DNA of 51,543 nt, taken from a virus (taxonomy: Duplodnaviria; Caudoviricetes). This document shows, piece by piece, positions 1-9,445 of this stretch. How positions within the stretch are numbered: position 1 is the first letter of the stretch; every line of letters starts with the position of its first letter. A program made the translations under genes and the position numbers. The notes beneath the pieces were generated by a model that made no database searches, was not told the DNA's origin, and saw only the letters and a list, made by a program, of their open reading frames with translations. Location: positions 1-51,543 of IMG/VR virus record IMGVR_UViG_3300024054_000001; one strand, given 5' to 3'.

Positions 1-127
1 TCTCGTCGGCGACGACGGCACGACCGTGGCGCGCCTCGTCGACCGGCCGAGCGTCGACCGGTCGCTCGGATGGTTCGTCGTGGTGCGCCCCACGCGCGAG
101 ACGCCCTGATGGGCACAGTCAACGTCC
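1..127. repeat. 127-bp exact terminal overlap with 51417-51543 (circular assembly overlap)
   Basis: Sequence tctcgtcggcgacgacggc...gggcacagtcaacgtcc is identical at both ends; the head-closure ORF and the next ORF run through the junction. Confidence 0.97.
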
Positions 128-675
128 GGCCCGAGGACTTCGCGGCGGTGTTCGAAGGGCGCGAGAAGGCGCGCGCCGATCGCGTACGCACGGCGGTCCA
201 CGAGGCAGCGATGCTTGGCGCCGAAGTCGTTGCCCGCTCCCAGGACGTCCCCGCCGACACTGGAGGGCTGAAGTCGTCGATCAAGGCGGTTGGGATTCGC
301 GAGTCCCGCTCGGAGATCATCGCCGACGCACCGCACGCGGGCATCATCGAGGCGGGTGCGCGACCGCATCTCACTCCCCTGCAGCCGCTGATCGACTGGG
401 TCAACCGGCACAAGTCTTCGTTCGGCCTGCGGCGTCCTCGAGGCGGACGCCCCGGCATCGGCGCCGGCGCGAACGAGCGCGAGTCGCGTCGACGCGAGCG
501 CCAAGCCTCGAAATACGCCGAGTACGATCGCGAAGTACTCCAGATCGCAGCGGGCATCCGCGCGAAGATCGCGCGCGAGGGTTCGAAGCCTCGCTGGTGG
601 ATGAAGAAGCATCTGCCCGAACTGCGGCGCATCCTCAGCGCGACGATCAATCGGCGAATCAAAGACGAGACCTGA
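109..675 (+). CDS. HK97 gp10-like neck/tail completion protein
   Basis: ATG at 109 overlaps the upstream TGA; motifs P-x-DTGGLKSSI and APHAGIIEAG are typical of this family; lies after head-closure gene. Confidence 0.75.
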   Translation: MGTVNVRPEDFAAVFEGREKARADRVRTAVHEAAMLGAEVVARSQDVPADTGGLKSSIKAVGIRESRSEIIADAPHAGIIEAGARPHLTPLQPLIDWVNRHKSSFGLRRPRGGRPGIGAGANERESRRRERQASKYAEYDREVLQIAAGIRAKIAREGSKPRWWMKKHLPELRRILSATINRRIKDET

Positions 676-678
676 TCG

Positions 679-1308
679 ATGGCCACCGACCTCGTCGAAG
701 CCGTGCGATCGCAGCTTGCGACGTACCTGCAGGCGCAGCTCGTCGGCGCGTTCGCGACGCTGAAGGTCTTCCAGGAATGGCCGACGCCGGGCCGGCCGCT
801 GCCGGAGTACTCGATCGCCGTTCTGGCGACAGATGCCCCCGACGTGCGATTCCACGCGCCGCTGGTGCGCGTGGTGACGCCGGGCGTCTCGCCGAACGGG
901 ACGGTGCGGTATTCGTACGCTCGCGCCACGCTCGACCTGCAGCTCGACGCGTGGGCGCGCTTCGCGGCGACGCGTGACGCCCTCGCCGGCGCCATGCGCG
1001 ACGTGCTCAACCGCCACCCGATCGATTCGCTCGCCCTAGCCGGGCAACTCCCGCACTTCGCTCGCCGGGGCTCGCTGGTGCTCAAGCTCTCGGGGCTGCT
1101 CGATGCCCCGTGCGAGTTCCGCTTCGGCGCCAGCGCGGCGCCGCAGGAGTCCGGACCTCCGGCGCAAGAGGGCGAATGGCGCGCGACCTGGTCGGGCCGT
1201 GCCGTGACGGTCATTCAAACCGAGGAGCAGCTCGCCCTGCTCAAGCAGCTGACGCTCGCCATCGGCGTCAACGGCTCGACCGAGAACACCGTTCTGACCC
1301 CACCGTAG
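679..1308 (+). CDS. putative tail terminator/completion protein
   Basis: Lies between the gp10-like gene and the sheath; LQLDAW...RDAL-type pattern. Confidence 0.55.
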   Translation: MATDLVEAVRSQLATYLQAQLVGAFATLKVFQEWPTPGRPLPEYSIAVLATDAPDVRFHAPLVRVVTPGVSPNGTVRYSYARATLDLQLDAWARFAATRDALAGAMRDVLNRHPIDSLALAGQLPHFARRGSLVLKLSGLLDAPCEFRFGASAAPQESGPPAQEGEWRATWSGRAVTVIQTEEQLALLKQLTLAIGVNGSTENTVLTPP

Positions 1309-1320
1309 GAGACCGATTCC

Positions 1321-2784
1321 ATGCCGCTGTTCATCGACTCGCAGAGCCAGGCTCGAGGCCCGGGCGTCTACGCCATCGAGATCACGCCCCCGCGCGTGAT
1401 CGACGAGGTCTCGAACGGGTACATCGGCCTGGTCGGACAATTCGACTGGGGCCCGAAGCAGTCCGTCTACGTGCCTTCCGATGGCGCGGACTTCCTCGAC
1501 GTGTTCGCGCCGGCTGGCTCGGGCCGGGCGTCGACCGGCTACTACGCGACGATGCGCCGACGCGGACTGACCCTGAAGGTCGTGCGCGTACTGGGCTCGG
1601 GCTCGGCTGCAGCGAGCGACTCGGCCGCCGGGACGGGCGGCAACCTGGTTTCGACGGCCAAGTACCACGGCACGATGGGCAACTCGATCGCCCGGACGAT
1701 CGGAGCGGCCTCGGGCGGCGATGCGACCAAGCGCGACATCACGTTCACGCTGACCAACTCGGTGACGGGCACGACGACCGAGGTCTACCGCGACATCGCG
1801 ATGAACCAGACGATCGACGTCTCGCGGTCGAAGCTCCTCGCGTCGCTCGTGTTCTCCGGCGGCACGATGACGGTCTGGCCGTCGAACGGCACCGTGAATC
1901 TCGCCGGCGGATCGAACGGCGGCGCGCTGGCCTCTTCGGACTACACCGGCACGGCGGGCGCGGCCGACAAGGGCTGCGCGCTCTTCGAAACGCACGACGA
2001 CGTGCGCGTCGTCATGCACGACGACTGCGGCAACACGAACCGGGCCTCGATCAACGCCGCGTTCGCGACCCACGCGGCCACGCTGCGCGATCGACTCGCG
2101 GTGGTCTCGGGCAACTCCGACGCGGCCGACTGGTCGACCGTGAAGGGCTACCGCACCGGCTCGCTGATCAGCGAGTACGTGATCTTCAACGGCGCATGGG
2201 GGAAGTTCTACGACGACGCCGGCGTCCTGCAGACCGCACCGTGCGACGCGAACGTTGCCGCGGCGCTGGTCAACCTCGAGCCGCAGCAGTCCCACGCCTG
2301 GTGGGATCCGAAGGCCACGAAGTACTGCGATTCGATTCAGGACATCGTCGCGACGTTCTCGACGAAGTCGGACACGATCCGCGGCGAGGCCACCGAGCAG
2401 GGCATCAACCTCCCGATCCGGCTGCCGGACGGGCCCTTCGCGTTCCTGCACGACCGCACCGCCGGCACCGGCTTCGCGATCACGCGACGGATCCGGAATC
2501 ACCTGGCGCTCTCCCTCGTGCCTGGTCTGCGGAGCTACACGAACGGACCGAACACGAGCGAGGGCCTGCGCGAGATGAAGGCGATCGTCGACACGTTCCT
2601 GAGCGGCCAGATCCGCAAAGGGCGCCTGACGGCAGCGTCGACCGACGTGTCGATGAACACGGCGGCGTCGATGGCGCTCGGCCAAGCCTCGATCGGCATC
2701 GATGGCACGTCGCCCGCCGCGCGCGAGAAGATCTTCCTGCTGGTCAACGTCGGCCCGACCGTCACGGTCCGCGAGGCCGCCTGA
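1321..2784 (+). CDS. contractile tail sheath protein
   Basis: N-terminal PGVYAIE...IGLVGQFDWGP and C-terminal PAAREKIFL sheath signatures; AGGAGA RBS; 487 aa. Confidence 0.9.
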   Translation: MPLFIDSQSQARGPGVYAIEITPPRVIDEVSNGYIGLVGQFDWGPKQSVYVPSDGADFLDVFAPAGSGRASTGYYATMRRRGLTLKVVRVLGSGSAAASDSAAGTGGNLVSTAKYHGTMGNSIARTIGAASGGDATKRDITFTLTNSVTGTTTEVYRDIAMNQTIDVSRSKLLASLVFSGGTMTVWPSNGTVNLAGGSNGGALASSDYTGTAGAADKGCALFETHDDVRVVMHDDCGNTNRASINAAFATHAATLRDRLAVVSGNSDAADWSTVKGYRTGSLISEYVIFNGAWGKFYDDAGVLQTAPCDANVAAALVNLEPQQSHAWWDPKATKYCDSIQDIVATFSTKSDTIRGEATEQGINLPIRLPDGPFAFLHDRTAGTGFAITRRIRNHLALSLVPGLRSYTNGPNTSEGLREMKAIVDTFLSGQIRKGRLTAASTDVSMNTAASMALGQASIGIDGTSPAAREKIFLLVNVGPTVTVREAA

Positions 2785-2829
2785 TTGCGCTCGATCCCCC
2801 CGCTTCACCCGACACACTGAGGCAAACCC

Positions 2830-3267
2830 ATGGCTGACCCGAAGCTCCCGATGCACGGCGAGAACGTGCCGGTGACCGTGTTCATCGACAACGTGCCCTA
2901 CCCGCAGGCCGACAACGCGATCTCGATCGAGATCGAGCCCGTGATGAAGGAGCACAACTACGAACTGCTCGGACAGTCGCGTGACGTGCTCGACCAGCAG
3001 CTACGCGGGTGGCGCGGGAAGGTTATGTTCCAGCACACCGACAACGTGCTCTTCAAGGCATGGCTCGTGGTGCAGGAAGCGCGCGAGGCCCGGACGCGGA
3101 TCCCCGAGATCATGATCGCGCCATCGTGGGAGATGCGCGACGGCACGACAGAGACCTGGGCGTTGCAGCGCTGCGAGCTTGTGCCGACGAAGAATGTCGG
3201 AGGCGCGACCGAGGACGCGAAGCTCTCCTGGTCGTTCAAGGCGGTCGACTACGAGCAGGTATTCTAA
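2830..3267 (+). CDS. tail tube protein
   Basis: 145-aa beta-rich protein directly after the sheath. Confidence 0.75.
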   Translation: MADPKLPMHGENVPVTVFIDNVPYPQADNAISIEIEPVMKEHNYELLGQSRDVLDQQLRGWRGKVMFQHTDNVLFKAWLVVQEAREARTRIPEIMIAPSWEMRDGTTETWALQRCELVPTKNVGGATEDAKLSWSFKAVDYEQVF

Positions 3268-3803
3268 TGGCGGAGTCGATCTACCAGGCCATTCTTCCGA
3301 GCGGTCGCGCCGTGCGTTTCCGCCGGCTGCGGACGCGAGAGATGCTCGCGATTCAGCAACGCGTCGCGGTGCGGCTCGGCAAGCGCGACGATCCCGGCGA
3401 TGGAATCCGCAACGCGATGGGTAGCATCGAGATCATCGCGACGTGCACCATTGCGATCACGACCTCGCGCCCGTGGCTGTTCCTCGTCCCGGAAGCTGTC
3501 GACGCGGCCGCGGACCCGGATCCCGTCGACGCCCTCGAGGCGCTCGCCGCGGTGCCGAGTCGGAGCACGCCGCGTGAGGCGCCGAAGCGCGTCGACGTCG
3601 ATGCGATGCTCGACGCCCTGAAGCCCGAGGACTGGATCCAACTGAGCTACGGCGAGCTGATTCAACGCGACAAGCCGAAGTCGATGGACGATGTGCTCGA
3701 CAATGCCGCGGACTTTCAGCGTTTGCTCGAGCTGATCCAGAACCCCGACGGGCAGCAGGTCGAGGGTCTCCTGGGAAAAGTGCAGGCCGTTTCGTCCGCG
3801 TGA
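3267..3803 (+). CDS. tail assembly chaperone (gpG-like, 178 aa)
   Basis: ATG at 3267 overlaps the tube stop; lies between tube and tape measure; slippery site near its end. Confidence 0.75.
   Translation: MAESIYQAILPSGRAVRFRRLRTREMLAIQQRVAVRLGKRDDPGDGIRNAMGSIEIIATCTIAITTSRPWLFLVPEAVDAAADPDPVDALEALAAVPSRSTPREAPKRVDVDAMLDALKPEDWIQLSYGELIQRDKPKSMDDVLDNAADFQRLLELIQNPDGQQVEGLLGKVQAVSSA
3773..3779 (+). other. -1 programmed ribosomal frameshift heptamer G GGA AAA
   Basis: In-phase X XXY YYZ (CTG GGA AAA GTG); the -1 frame stays open to TGA at 3941-3943, just before the tape measure ATG. Confidence 0.85.
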
Positions 3804-3943
3804 TCGCCGTTCTCTGTCGATACGGCCATCAGCGCTTGCCGGACCTTCTTGAGATGCAGGTCGACGAACTGCTGATGCTTCACAAGGAGATCCTCGCGAT
3901 CGTCGCGGCGGAGAACAAGACGATCCAACGGCCCGACGACTGA
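3779..3943 (+). CDS. gpT-like frameshift extension of the tail chaperone (54 aa; G-T fusion about 225 aa)
   Basis: -1 frame reads SAGRFVRVIAVLCRYGHQRLPDLLEMQVDELLMLHKEILAIVAAENKTIQRPDD*; not in the ORF track. Confidence 0.8.
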   Translation, partial: SAGRFVRVIAVLCRYGHQRLPDLLEMQVDELLMLHKEILAIVAAENKTIQRPDD

Positions 3944-3946
3944 TCG

Positions 3947-5809
3947 ATGTCCGATACTGTCTACAACGTCCGAACGGTCTACGAGGTCGATGACCGTGGC
4001 GCGGGCGCACGCGTAGGGGGCCTCGGTCGTGCATTCTCGGGGCTCTGGAACACGATCCGAAGCGTCACCGGATCGCTCTTCTCGCTGCGGACGGTTCTCG
4101 GCGGTGCATTCGGCGCCGCGGGCGTCTTCAGTGCGGCCCGCGCGATCACGCGCCTCGGCGGTGAGGCGGAGAGCACGCGGATCGCGATCGCAGGCATGCT
4201 GCAGGCTGGCGGCGCATCCTCGAGCATCGATCGAGCGATGCAGACATCCTCGGACCTCATCGAGCAGATGCGCGTTCAGGCCCGCGCTCTGCCGGGGGAG
4301 TTCCAGGACGTGCTGAATGTCTTCCGTGGCGGCCTCGGCGGCGGACTGGCCGCCGGACAAACCGCGGATCACATCCGCCAAGTGGCTGGGCAGCTGATGG
4401 CTGTCACGCAGGTCCTCGGTGTCGATTCCGAGCAGGCCGGCCGAGACTTTGCGCTCATGCTCGAGGGCCGCGCAGGCGCTCAGGTCGCCACGTTCTCTCG
4501 CTTGCGAGCGCAGATCGGCATGACAGCCGAGGCGTTCAACGCGCTCGCGCCGGCGGAGCGATTCCAGCGGATCGAGCAGGCGATGCGCGGATTCGGTCCC
4601 GCGATCGATCGATACCAGTCGTCGTGGGCGGCGGTCTCGTCGACGACCAGGGACCACCTGACGACGCTCCTACGCACGTCGACGCAGCCGCTCTTCGAGC
4701 GCCTGCGCGACACGCTCGCGCGCGTCAACGAGTGGTTCGAGCGGAACCAGACCCGGGTGCTGGCGTTTGCTTCCTCGATCGGCACGCATCTCGCGTCCGC
4801 GTTCGACCGCATCGTCGGCCTTGCGCAACGCCTCGGGGAGTTTCTCTCCCGTCTGTCGTTCGACCGGCTCCGGTCGTCGCTCACTCAGCTCGGCCCCGGT
4901 CTGCTCGCTCTTCGTGGCGTCGCGGCCCTCGGCCTCGGCGCCGCTGGCGGGGCGATCGCGCTCCCCGTGATCGCCGCGCTCACGAGCGGCGGCCCCGCGG
5001 TGGGCGAGGCGCTGCGTGCGATCGGCGAGGCCAGCCGGCCCCTGGTCACCATGCTCGGCCAGCTCTTCACGGCGACGATGCCACTGGTGACGATGCTGGG
5101 CGTTACGTTGATCGGAGCGATCACGCCGGTCATCGAAATCCTGGGCGGGCTCGGAAGTGCACTGCAGGCCTTCGGTGCGTGGGTTCGGGCGTTGCCAGGG
5201 ATGGAAGGGTTCCTCGCCAATATCCGCGCGGGAATCCAGGAGTTCAACACCGGCGCCGGGCGTTCGGACGTCGCGAACATGGCCGCGGGCGTCGAACGCC
5301 AACGCGAGCATGTCGCGAACGTCGGACGCGTGCAGGACATGCTTCGAGGCGTCCGGGAATCGATGCCGTTCGTTGGGCGCGCGCTGAGCGAAGACAACCG
5401 CACGCGGCTAGCGAATGTTCTCGAGCTGTCGTCCGGCCAGATTGCTGGCAACGAAGCCCTTCGCGGTCGCGTGTCCGCGCTCGCTGCGGTGATGTCGATG
5501 GCCCGCGGTCGTGCCGGCGTCCGTGGGGGCGTCGAGTCGATGGCGGGGCTGCTCAACACTGCCGTCGGGCAGTTGCCTTCGAGGGTCTTCAGCGGAGCGG
5601 ACATCAACATCAGCGGCGACCGAACGCAACCCACGCCGAACGTCGTCGCAGGCAGGGGAAACGTGCACGTGAGTGTCCGCGTCGAGCAGACGATCGAGAA
5701 CGCGAACGACCCGGATCGGGTGCTCATCGCGACGCGCCAGGGCGTGCTCGATGCGCTGATGCATCCGCTCGAGTCGGCGGGGCTCCTCGTCGGCTCCGAT
5801 CTGCGATGA
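3947..5809 (+). CDS. tape measure protein
   Basis: 620-aa Ala/Gly-rich helical protein with a central hydrophobic region, after the chaperone. Confidence 0.85.
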   Translation: MSDTVYNVRTVYEVDDRGAGARVGGLGRAFSGLWNTIRSVTGSLFSLRTVLGGAFGAAGVFSAARAITRLGGEAESTRIAIAGMLQAGGASSSIDRAMQTSSDLIEQMRVQARALPGEFQDVLNVFRGGLGGGLAAGQTADHIRQVAGQLMAVTQVLGVDSEQAGRDFALMLEGRAGAQVATFSRLRAQIGMTAEAFNALAPAERFQRIEQAMRGFGPAIDRYQSSWAAVSSTTRDHLTTLLRTSTQPLFERLRDTLARVNEWFERNQTRVLAFASSIGTHLASAFDRIVGLAQRLGEFLSRLSFDRLRSSLTQLGPGLLALRGVAALGLGAAGGAIALPVIAALTSGGPAVGEALRAIGEASRPLVTMLGQLFTATMPLVTMLGVTLIGAITPVIEILGGLGSALQAFGAWVRALPGMEGFLANIRAGIQEFNTGAGRSDVANMAAGVERQREHVANVGRVQDMLRGVRESMPFVGRALSEDNRTRLANVLELSSGQIAGNEALRGRVSALAAVMSMARGRAGVRGGVESMAGLLNTAVGQLPSRVFSGADINISGDRTQPTPNVVAGRGNVHVSVRVEQTIENANDPDRVLIATRQGVLDALMHPLESAGLLVGSDLR

Positions 5810-7098
5810 CCGACGTATTCTACCCGCGAGCACTGGTGCAACTGCACGCGCGAGTGCTCGGCCAGGATGTGACCACGTCGATCGAGCCGCACCGGGTGTC
5901 GCTCACACGCCGGCCACACAACCAGGCCGACGAGGTCGAGGTCGAGATTCACGGGACGGCGCTGCCGTTCGAACCACGTCACATCGAGGACCTCTGGCTC
6001 GGCGTGTTCCTCGGAGATCCCCGGTCGATGTCTGGGCGCGTCGACACGGATCGCTTCCTGCGGTTCGTGGGCTACGCGGACGACATGGAACCGGGCAATC
6101 CGGCCGCCGAGGCGCCGCGCGTGAAGATCACGGCGCGTGATCGCAGCGCCCAACTGCGCGACTTCAAGCCGCTACCCGTCGCAGCGCAGCCCCGTTACGG
6201 CGACATGCTCGGGCAGGCGATCGAGCGCATCCTTGCAGCGGTGCCGTCGGCCGTCGGCATGGAGCTGCGCTCAAGCGAACACGCATCGATTCCGCTCGCG
6301 CCGCTGGTATCGGCCCGGGCACGTGCCGGACGTATCCCGCTGCCGAACGACTGCACGGCCTGGCAGGCCATCGAGCACGTCTGCGGCCTATGCGCTCGCG
6401 AGGTCACCATCGACCTCGAGGACGTCGTCATCCAGGTGCCCACGGCAGCCCGGTCGAGCCCCTCGGAGGCGGCGGCGAACTTCGTCTTCGGTGGCGTCCG
6501 CGGAAACCTGCTCGAGGCGAAGCGGAAGAAGAAGTTCCAGCGCAACCGCAACGGCGTGCGGGTCGTCTCGTTCGATCCGGCGACGCGACGACGCGTCGAG
6601 GCCGTCTACCCGCCCGACGGTCAGCTCCCGAGACGACATCGCGCGCGAGGACGTCGCGGCGGCGGCGGAGCACAGCCGCCGGAGCGCGACATCTTCGCCC
6701 TCGGCGACGGCATCACGTCGCACGATCAGCTCGAGGAGTACGCCCGACGCATCTACCTCGAGCGGTCGAGGCAGGAGGTCGAGGTCGAGATCGAGTGTCC
6801 GTTCCCGACGGACCAGCACATCGGTCTGCGCAACGGCGACCGCGTCTCGATCGAGATCGAGCCCGGCCTCGCCGACGACATTCGCGGCAGCGGCACGGGC
6901 GCTGTCGCGCTGCTCGAGCGGCGGCTCGGCGTCGACCGCGAAGTCGCGCAGATCCTGGTTCGCTCGGCGCGCGAGCCCACCACGAACCTCTTCTACGCGA
7001 AGACGATCACGACCGAGTTCTCGGCCACCGAGAAGACCGTCGTGAAGATCGACGCGATCAATCTGATTCTCGCCATCGACGACCGTCAAGCCGCATGA
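5806..7098 (+). CDS. baseplate hub protein (P2 gpD/Mu gp44-like)
   Basis: ATGA overlap with the tape measure gene; FVGYADD...ITARDRS pattern; expected size and position. Confidence 0.65.
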   Translation: MTDVFYPRALVQLHARVLGQDVTTSIEPHRVSLTRRPHNQADEVEVEIHGTALPFEPRHIEDLWLGVFLGDPRSMSGRVDTDRFLRFVGYADDMEPGNPAAEAPRVKITARDRSAQLRDFKPLPVAAQPRYGDMLGQAIERILAAVPSAVGMELRSSEHASIPLAPLVSARARAGRIPLPNDCTAWQAIEHVCGLCAREVTIDLEDVVIQVPTAARSSPSEAAANFVFGGVRGNLLEAKRKKKFQRNRNGVRVVSFDPATRRRVEAVYPPDGQLPRRHRARGRRGGGGAQPPERDIFALGDGITSHDQLEEYARRIYLERSRQEVEVEIECPFPTDQHIGLRNGDRVSIEIEPGLADDIRGSGTGAVALLERRLGVDREVAQILVRSAREPTTNLFYAKTITTEFSATEKTVVKIDAINLILAIDDRQAA

Positions 7099-7730
7099 GC
7101 CGTCCCGGACGATCCGCCCTCCGCGAGGTCCTGACGGGACCCGTGCTGCGCGCGATCGCGGGTATCCGTGACGCTGGCGAGCTGCTCCTCGCAGCGGTGC
7201 GGAACATCGACGGCGGCGACCACGTCGACGACCAGGGCAGCGCGGACATCTGGGTGCACTACGAGGACAGCCTCACCGGTGCGCCCGGGATCGCCCGGCT
7301 GTTCGTGCCCGGGAACATCCTGTTCGCGCTCCCCGACGCGGACGACACTGTCATGGTCGCGCGCGGACGCGATGCCGGCGGGCCTGGTGTGCCGTACTTG
7401 CTTCACGGCGACGCCGGCGACGCATCCCGCGTCCCCACGTGGCTTCGAAGCGCCGTCGGCCTGTTCACGAAGAAGCTCCTGCGGCTCGAGTCGAAGGAGG
7501 ACGACGTCGTCGTCGTCGCGGGCTCCGGCAAGTACGTCAAGCTCGGGCTGAACGCTACGCAGTTCGTTGCACTCGCGAATCTGGTCGACGCCCGGCTCTC
7601 CGCCATCGTCACGGCGTTCAACGCGCACGTTCATACGGGCGTCACGACGGGTCCCGGCTCCACCGGCACGACTGCGACGCCTCTCGGGGCGCAGGCCACC
7701 GTTGCGGCGACCGTCGGGAAGGCCGAGTGA
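7095..7730 (+). CDS. baseplate central spike (gpV/gp45-like)
   Basis: N-terminal OB-fold-like region (LPDADDTVMV) and C-terminal FNAHVHTGV HxH metal-binding apex motif. Confidence 0.8.
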   Translation: MSRPGRSALREVLTGPVLRAIAGIRDAGELLLAAVRNIDGGDHVDDQGSADIWVHYEDSLTGAPGIARLFVPGNILFALPDADDTVMVARGRDAGGPGVPYLLHGDAGDASRVPTWLRSAVGLFTKKLLRLESKEDDVVVVAGSGKYVKLGLNATQFVALANLVDARLSAIVTAFNAHVHTGVTTGPGSTGTTATPLGAQATVAATVGKAE

Positions 7731-8758
7731 TGCCAGCCCCGTTCGTCATCGAGGAGCACGAGGTCCCCGACGCGATCCGTGTCGAGTTGGCGGGCGTCGA
7801 CCTGCCCTACGGGAGCGAGGGCGGCCCCGCGGCATTCGAGATGGGCGGCGATCTCGTCCGTGATCGCATCGACCTCCCCGGCCGCCCTCGGCCCATCCTG
7901 CACATTCTCGTCGCCCCCGATCGCCCGCTGAGCATTCGCGGCGCGTTCAAGGATTGGCTCCATGCTCGAGCAGGGTACGCGCGCGAGAAGCGCGACCAAC
8001 TGCTCGAGATCTACCGACGGGCGAACGTCCTCGCGCTGAGCTGGGACGGAGACGCCTGGCTGGGCGTGCTCGACAAGCCGAAGTTCGGTGTCGAGAGCGC
8101 CGGGTCGATCACGTACGAGCTGCAGTTCGAGATCCTCGAGACGTACGGCGTCCCATCGATCCCGGCCGCGGCGACGCCCTCGGCGCCGACGTCGGGGGCA
8201 ATGGCGGCGTTGCGAGCCACCGTCGAAGCCCGACGTGCCCGGATCGCCGCGCAACGCCTGCGGCGTGCCACGCGGCAGGCCATTCTGACGGCGCTCGATC
8301 TCGCCACGAACGCTGCGTCGCGCGTCGAGGATGCGATCCGCGTCGTCGAGGGCATGGCCGGCACGGCGCTCCAGCGCTTCGGCTCCGGGCTCCGGCGCGT
8401 GATCTCGACCGCACGCATCGCCCAGGACCTCGTTGGCGCCGCGCGGTCTCTCATCCGCACGGCCGTCGCCCAGACCGAGGTGACGGTGCGGACGGCGGCC
8501 GCGATCGGCTCGTGGTGGACCGAGCAGGCCGCAGTCGACATCGATCTGCTCTCGCTCCTCGACGGTCTGCGCTCGGTCCGTGCGGCCGCGCGCGCACGCC
8601 TGCGGGCCTCGACGCGACTGTACCAGGTGCGCCCGGGCGACACGCTCGAGTCGATCGCCCGTCAGCAACTGGGCGACGCATCTCGTGCGTCCGAGTTGGG
8701 CGTGCGGTCGGATCAACTCACTCCAGGCCGGCTTCTGCGATTGCCGGCGGCGGCATGA
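7730..8758 (+). CDS. tail tube initiator/baseplate protein with C-terminal LysM domain
   Basis: C-terminal YQVRPGDTLESIARQQLGD...LTPGRLLRLP is a LysM domain. Confidence 0.8.
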   Translation: MPAPFVIEEHEVPDAIRVELAGVDLPYGSEGGPAAFEMGGDLVRDRIDLPGRPRPILHILVAPDRPLSIRGAFKDWLHARAGYAREKRDQLLEIYRRANVLALSWDGDAWLGVLDKPKFGVESAGSITYELQFEILETYGVPSIPAAATPSAPTSGAMAALRATVEARRARIAAQRLRRATRQAILTALDLATNAASRVEDAIRVVEGMAGTALQRFGSGLRRVISTARIAQDLVGAARSLIRTAVAQTEVTVRTAAAIGSWWTEQAAVDIDLLSLLDGLRSVRAAARARLRASTRLYQVRPGDTLESIARQQLGDASRASELGVRSDQLTPGRLLRLPAAA

Positions 8759-8761
8759 TCC

Positions 8762-9442
8762 ATGGCTGCGTGGCTCCAGGCATACGCTCGGTCCGCGCTG
8801 CGGGTCTCCGCGCTGTTCGATGCGACGTTCGCCGGCATGGCGACCGCGTCAACATACGCGATCTCCCGGCAGGACCTCGCGGGAACGACCGTGGTCGTCT
8901 CCCGGGCGTGGAACACCGACACGCTCGCGGTCGAGTTGGCCCTCTCGGAGCCGCTCGTCGAGGGCATCGCATACGTCCTGACGGCGTCAGGGGTCACGGG
9001 ATCTGCCGTCGCGGTGCACCAGGCCGTCGCCGTGCAGGTCATCGGCCCGGACGTCGACGATGCCGATGATCCGGAGGCCGAGGCCTTCGGCGACGACATC
9101 GACTGGCTCGGCGCACAGCTTGGACCCGACGGCGACGCGCCTCGGCTTCGAGGGCTCGAATGCCTCCGGCGTGACCTGGTCGCTCGTGCACTCACGCGAC
9201 GAGGCGAACTCTTCCATCGTCCGACGGTCGGCGCCGGACTCACGATGAGGGTCAACGGTCCGAACACCGATGCGGAGCTGGCCGAGTTGTCGGCGGCTTT
9301 GAAGCGCGAGTGGGCGGATGACGACCGCGTGCGCGGCGTCGCAGTCCAGTCCACGGCCTCGACGAGTGGCGCCGTCACGGCCGATGCGCAGGTGCGCACG
9401 ATCGCGCTCGAGGATCCCATCCAGGTCGTGGTGCGAAGGTGA
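8762..9442 (+). CDS. baseplate wedge/sheath initiator (gpW/gp25-like) with N-terminal extension
   Basis: LTRRGELFHRPTVGAGL...DDRV gp25 motif in the C-terminal half. Confidence 0.8.
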   Translation: MAAWLQAYARSALRVSALFDATFAGMATASTYAISRQDLAGTTVVVSRAWNTDTLAVELALSEPLVEGIAYVLTASGVTGSAVAVHQAVAVQVIGPDVDDADDPEAEAFGDDIDWLGAQLGPDGDAPRLRGLECLRRDLVARALTRRGELFHRPTVGAGLTMRVNGPNTDAELAELSAALKREWADDDRVRGVAVQSTASTSGAVTADAQVRTIALEDPIQVVVRR

Positions 9443-9445
9443 TTC

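Noticed and set aside
1-127. Biological direct terminal repeat
   Set aside because: 127 bp matches a common assembler k-mer overlap and cuts through a gene; it shows circularity, not virion ends.
1036-2955. Long antisense or alternate-frame ORFs (also 43589-45958, 45315-47279, 17524-19614, 29899-31686 and many others in the track)
   Set aside because: Arg/Ala/Pro-rich shadow frames expected at about 70% GC; they overlap better-supported genes and lack motifs.
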